The notes under the pieces were generated by a model. The model made no database searches. It saw only the letters and a list, made by a program, of their open reading frames with translations, and was not told the origin of the DNA. This document shows, piece after piece, positions 58,187 to 62,089 of a stretch of DNA of 62,089 nt. The stretch is from positions 1 to 62,089 of IMG/VR virus record IMGVR_UViG_3300035307_000014. One strand, given 5' to 3'. How positions within the stretch are numbered: position 1 is the first letter of the stretch; each line of letters opens with the position of its first letter. The DNA comes from a virus. Lineage: Duplodnaviria; Caudoviricetes. Position numbers and translations under genes: made by a program.

Positions 58187-58384
58187 TCACTGCCTGTACG
58201 TCGAGATCACAGCGGCGATCAACGTGTCTTTCGTGGCCGTCGAGTACGCTTTTCCAGTGTGCTTTTTGAGCCAGTAGCGAAGCTCCGCGTTCGTGTGCAC
58301 GCTAAGCGCATACCTTGGCTCTTCGTCCTTGCTGCGGGCCGCTGCGGTGATCTGGTTGAGCGCTCTGCTTGGTGGGTTTGCCAT
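58187..58384 (-). CDS. small hypothetical protein
   Basis: GGAG RBS before MANPP. Confidence 0.45.
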   Translation of the reverse strand: MANPPSRALNQITAAARSKDEEPRYALSVHTNAELRYWLKKHTGKAYSTATKDTLIAAVISTYRQ

Positions 58385-58410
58385 CGGGGTTCTCCGTGGT
58401 GAAAGGTTGG

Positions 58411-59975
58411 CCGCTCCTAAAACCCTGCACATCTCTGATCATCCCTGAACAAAGTTGCACATGGACGGCCGCCGAGCAGTTTTGCGGCCGGTTCGCGTGA
58501 CGGGATTGCGCCGTCATGCGTCCGTGGCGGAAACATCGGGTTCGCAAGGAACTCGGCGTCATCCTCCAGCGACCTATCCCAGGCCGGGGCGGCTCGCGCC
58601 GTCCTCGCCGGGGAAGGTCCGGCAACCTTGCGGCGGCCGGTCGGACACAGCCCTTTGAGGGCCGCTTTCCAAGCGCCCATCGCTCTCGCCCATTGGTCCC
58701 GCACATGCCTACGGCCGATCCTTGCAGGTCGAACGAGGGTGACGTGAGACTGGTTGCGTTTCCTCGCAGCCGGGATATCCCCGGCCGGGAGCGCAAGCGA
58801 GAGCGGCAGACGCTCGGAATAATTCATGGCGCGCCTGCCGATGACAACGGCGGCTGCGTGATGGACGGAAAGTCCGTAGCGCTCCATGAAGCGGGCGCGG
58901 CCTTGGAATGAGGTGTAGGCCGGATCAACCGCCAGCACGGCGACGACTTCGCGTGCGGCGCGGCGTTCCAACATCGTGCGGAAGCCGTTGAAGGCGAAGG
59001 CCGAAAGCAAACGCGCCATGCGCGGCCGAGCTTCTTCCCGAAGCCGCGTCTTCTTGGCCTCGAAGTCCAGATCCTCGATAACGATAGGAACGCCCCGGCG
59101 TTTGGCCAGCGCGACCAGCCGCGCGTGAAGTCCGGCGCTGCGTCGGGCAACGCCTGAAACAGGCTGACGAACACGCGCCAGCCCTTGGCGTCGCGAACGA
59201 AGCGCCAGGACAGCGCCTCGCCTGCGCCGGTGGCGTGAGCCTGGATTGCCGCCGTCACAACGTCGTGGCCATAGCCGAAGCGCACGGGGCCGAGCGAGAT
59301 GTATTTCTTGGAGCCAAGCTCGCGCCAAACAGCGTCGGGCAGGCGCAGGCGCAGCATAACCGAGCCGTCGGCGGCGAGCGTCGCCGTGCAAGTCTGGTTG
59401 CCGCCCGTCTCATCCTTGGAGCCGAGACAGAAGAATTGGCTTGCGCGGTCGGCGCGCCACGCAGCTTGCCACTCGGCGTGATTGGCGTAGCCGTTCGCCT
59501 CCAAATGATGCTGCGCGTTGAACAGTTTGGCGGAGCCGAAGCATAGCGCTGGCGCCGGGCGCTTCATCTCCGCCCGGATTGCCTTCTGACGGTCTCGCAG
59601 AAGGCCAAGGCGTCGCTTCTTCTGGTGGAGCTTCGCGGCGGACGCCTTGCGCTTCTCCAGCTTGCGGATGGTCTTGAGTGTGGCCTTGATGCGGGCGTCC
59701 AACTCGCGAATGCGGAGCTTGCCGATCTCTTTCAGGCTCGACGCCTTGCCTTTGGCCGCAACCGCCAGCGCGTTGAACTGGCGCGCCGTGATGCTGAACC
59801 GGCGCAGGAACTCGCTCTTGCAGTCGTTCGGCTTGCGGCCTTTCGCCATCTCAGCCCAGAGGCAGCGCTCGGCGCGCGAAAGCAACGCGGCCGTGGCATC
59901 AAGCGCTGGGTGGCCGTCGATGCGGGCTTGGAAGGTGCGCGCTTGCTGGGTCATGGCTTGTCAGCCTCTGCAACC
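58411..59975 (-). mobile_element. degenerate IS607-family element (no tnpA or left end)
   Basis: Right end GGTTTTAGGAGCGG resembles that of the first element; carries tnpB. Confidence 0.75.
58417..59954 (-). pseudogene. tnpB: tnpB pseudogene (frameshifting deletion near 59120 removes RuvC-I)
   Basis: N-half in one frame and VIEDLDF..VDPAYTS..VHHAAA in another; the GxDxN motif is absent. Confidence 0.8.
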
Positions 59976-60162
59976 CCTCTGAGAAGATCACGCACCGATG
60001 CCACTCGGATTTTGATTTGCGTTCGCCAGTGGTCTTGTCGCGCCAAGATTCTTCAGTTGCCACGCGAAGGTTGCATATGGGTCTGCCGTCCTGCGTTCTG
60101 CGGATTTCAGGGTCAGCCCCTAATAATCCCAGTAAAGTTACTTCATTTATTGATCCGGCCAT
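59899..60162 (-). pseudogene. ssb: single-stranded DNA-binding protein truncated after about 64 codons
   Basis: GSINEV.L.G.LG.DPE..ATEESWRDK.TGERK...EWHR; similarity ends at EGL where IS-derived sequence begins. Confidence 0.85.
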
Positions 60163-60254
60163 ATTGATCCCCTTTGATCTCCGTGCTTCCGGTTTCTACT
60201 TTTATCGTAACAGCTTGGATATCCCGCCGCAGTTGCAGCGAGATCGCGAAGATG

Positions 60255-60401
60255 TCACGATAACGCCGTAACAATATACACAAAACCTCCAATAAACGCA
60301 ACCATTAGAACAGACGCTCCTATAATTGCCATCGCTCCTCCAGCAAATACTTCTGTTCTCTCTATTATCTTTTGCACTACGCTTTTTCTGTTCCGCTTCA
60401 T
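60255..60401 (-). CDS. small membrane protein
   Basis: Read by hand: MKRNRK..GAMAIIGASVLMVAFIGGFVYIVTALS; ATGA coupling. Confidence 0.45.
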   Translation of the reverse strand: MKRNRKSVVQKIIERTEVFAGGAMAIIGASVLMVAFIGGFVYIVTALS

Positions 60402-60682
60402 TGTTTGCCAATCCTATTGTTTTCTTTTTCCACTTTATCTGCGGCCCCTGCAAGAATACATCCAAATGCACTAACACTCAGCAATGCAAAACCCCGTGAC
60501 CATGTGAATATTTCGCTGAACCCAGCGAGGTAAATTATGATGAATAGCGGGGCGAATGTCAGGGAAATAATCACTATCGCTAGTATAAATCTCATTAATT
60601 TCTTTAGCATTATTTCGTCCTTCCGCTTACGATCAATGGAAACATTAGTCTTTGTTCTTTGCCCACCTGACAAAATCATCAA
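60398..60682 (-). CDS. small two-TM protein (likely start about 60610)
   Basis: Hydrophobic helices; AAGGA before MLKK. Confidence 0.5.
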   Translation of the reverse strand: MMILSGGQRTKTNVSIDRKRKDEIMLKKLMRFILAIVIISLTFAPLFIIIYLAGFSEIFTWSRGFALLSVSAFGCILAGAADKVEKENNRIGKQ

Positions 60683-60851
60683 AGTGATGGTTCAAAAGAA
60701 ACACATCTATAGCCATGAAAAAGCACAAATTTGCTGCTCTTGTTCCGTAGAAACTATCTGAGATATATGAGTCTACCGCCCTCCCTGTATCGACTGTCAC
60801 CATTGCACACCAGAACATGAATAATGCTGCTCCGAATAGTTTATCGTTCAT
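60645..60851 (-). CDS. small two-TM protein
   Basis: Hydrophobic helices. Confidence 0.45.
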   Translation of the reverse strand: MNDKLFGAALFMFWCAMVTVDTGRAVDSYISDSFYGTRAANLCFFMAIDVFLLNHHFDDFVRWAKNKD

Positions 60852-61317
60852 GATGATATCTTCTCTGAAACAATTGGCGATCCTCTTTCGTCGGGAACCC
60901 TCGACCTTTCAGCTTTTGCGTCGGCCACGTCCGCTTCAGCTTATCGGCCATATCGACGGCCCCGCCGCATTTCGCCTCCATCGCAGCTAGGTGCGCTGTG
61001 TGGAGCTTGGCAGCTCCGTCTGTCCTGGCGCGCTCGCGTGCCTCTCTTGCGGACTTGGCCTTGTGGCAGACGTCGCAAATCATCCATCCGTCGGCAGATG
61101 TGAGAGGATGACGCTCTTTGACCGGGACCGCGCTCTGTGTCCAGCATGGGCAGCGGTGGTCGATCTGCGCTGCCCGCGCCCCTTCGATCTTTTCCCCGTC
61201 CACCCGCACCAGATGTCCGCAGCACTCGCACCGGCGCACGCCGTGCTCATCGACGGCGCGCGCCTTGATCTCGGATTTGACCGAGGGGCGGAACTCCTGG
61301 CGAGGCGATCTGCTCAT
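60841..61317 (-). CDS. HNH endonuclease-like protein
   Basis: CECCG..IDH...C..CH..K zinc-binding HNH pattern. Confidence 0.75.
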   Translation of the reverse strand: MSRSPRQEFRPSVKSEIKARAVDEHGVRRCECCGHLVRVDGEKIEGARAAQIDHRCPCWTQSAVPVKERHPLTSADGWMICDVCHKAKSAREARERARTDGAAKLHTAHLAAMEAKCGGAVDMADKLKRTWPTQKLKGRGFPTKEDRQLFQRRYHHER

Positions 61318-61490
61318 TTCCCGACCACGATGCATGTTTTCGACAAGCTGTTTATGGCATTAGACAGCCTTACATTGTCACTCTGCAAGCTTTCATTGTC
61401 GGTTATCAGAGAATATAACGCAATAGCGATAATTATAAAAAAAGAAAACTTGATTACCCGCCATGCGTTGACGGTTGCTGTGTGCCTCAT
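61314..61490 (-). CDS. small single-TM protein
   Basis: Read by hand: MRHT..FSFFIIIAIALYSLI; coupled at both ends. Confidence 0.45.
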   Translation of the reverse strand: MRHTATVNAWRVIKFSFFIIIAIALYSLITDNESLQSDNVRLSNAINSLSKTCIVVGK

Positions 61491-62089
61491 GGTCGTGCCT
61501 CAAATTCTTCCTTGGTTTCGAAGCTGTATTTCCCACGAGCCGCCATCTCGACGTCTTCGCCGCTCTTAAACTTGGCCACGAGAGCATCGGAGAAATTGAC
61601 AACCGTCAAATCTTCGACGGCGGCACGGATGCATGCTTCTGTTTCCGCCCGATCAGCAAGGATCGTCTTGATAGCGTCTTCCTTGGCTTCCTCAGTCGTG
61701 GCGCCGAAGCCGAGGGGATCGCCGCAGTCGTCAAGGACAGCTTTCTTGACGGGCGCGGCGGTCTTGGCCCACACTGGCTTCCCGTCTTCATCAGCAAACT
61801 GACGATGAAAGCCATTCGACTCCCAGGCGGCCTCCATGCGCTGGTTCACCACACTCCATTCCGGGCTCTTCGATGAAGACGGATCGGTGAGGGCTGTCCA
61901 GTCTCCGCACTTTTCTGCCAGGTCGCCTGCCAGCGCCGCCTCTTTCAGATCGGCAAACGCGGCGATCCGCCATCCGGTTACGAGATGGGTCAGTGATGCG
62001 ATGGGCATCCAGCCTACCTGTTTCGCCTCTGTGCTGATCATGACGATGCCGAAGCTTCCCTTGGTCCATCCAGCGCAAGATTGCTCGCC
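61487..62089 (-). CDS. hypothetical protein, probably 5'-truncated
   Basis: Frame is open to the window end. Confidence 0.5.
   Translation of the reverse strand, partial: GEQSCAGWTKGSFGIVMISTEAKQVGWMPIASLTHLVTGWRIAAFADLKEAALAGDLAEKCGDWTALTDPSSSKSPEWSVVNQRMEAAWESNGFHRQFADEDGKPVWAKTAAPVKKAVLDDCGDPLGFGATTEEAKEDAIKTILADRAETEACIRAAVEDLTVVNFSDALVAKFKSGEDVEMAARGKYSFETKEEFEARP

Overview
About 62 kb of a contractile-tailed (myovirus-type) dsDNA phage or prophage. The host is probably an alphaproteobacterium, inferred from the MucR/Ros, dCTP deaminase and SSB types. Positions 1-40.3 kb (+) hold terminase, head, accessory structural, neck, tail, baseplate and fibre genes. These are interrupted by an antisense replication-initiator gene with internal iterons, a free-standing HNH gene and a Rha cassette. 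Positions 41-45 kb hold mucR, an endolysin and an IS607-like tnpA-tnpB element. Positions 45-62 kb (-) hold early/accessory genes: dCTP and dCMP deaminases, a tyrosine recombinase, a methyltransferase-like gene, Lar-like genes, a broken tnpB and a truncated ssb. Two observations stand out. (1) The terminase carries a 398-aa intein with no in-frame endonuclease, but an HNH-plus-HTH gene with its own RBS lies on the opposite strand inside it. (2) The head genes are fused to effector-like domains (DdrB-like ParB, Nudix, HExxH peptidase) and share short motifs (IR[RK]LFG or FPNA helix, A-x-D site, R..G[QR]F), suggesting a capsid-loading and delivery system. All family calls are by motif recognition; no database searches were run.
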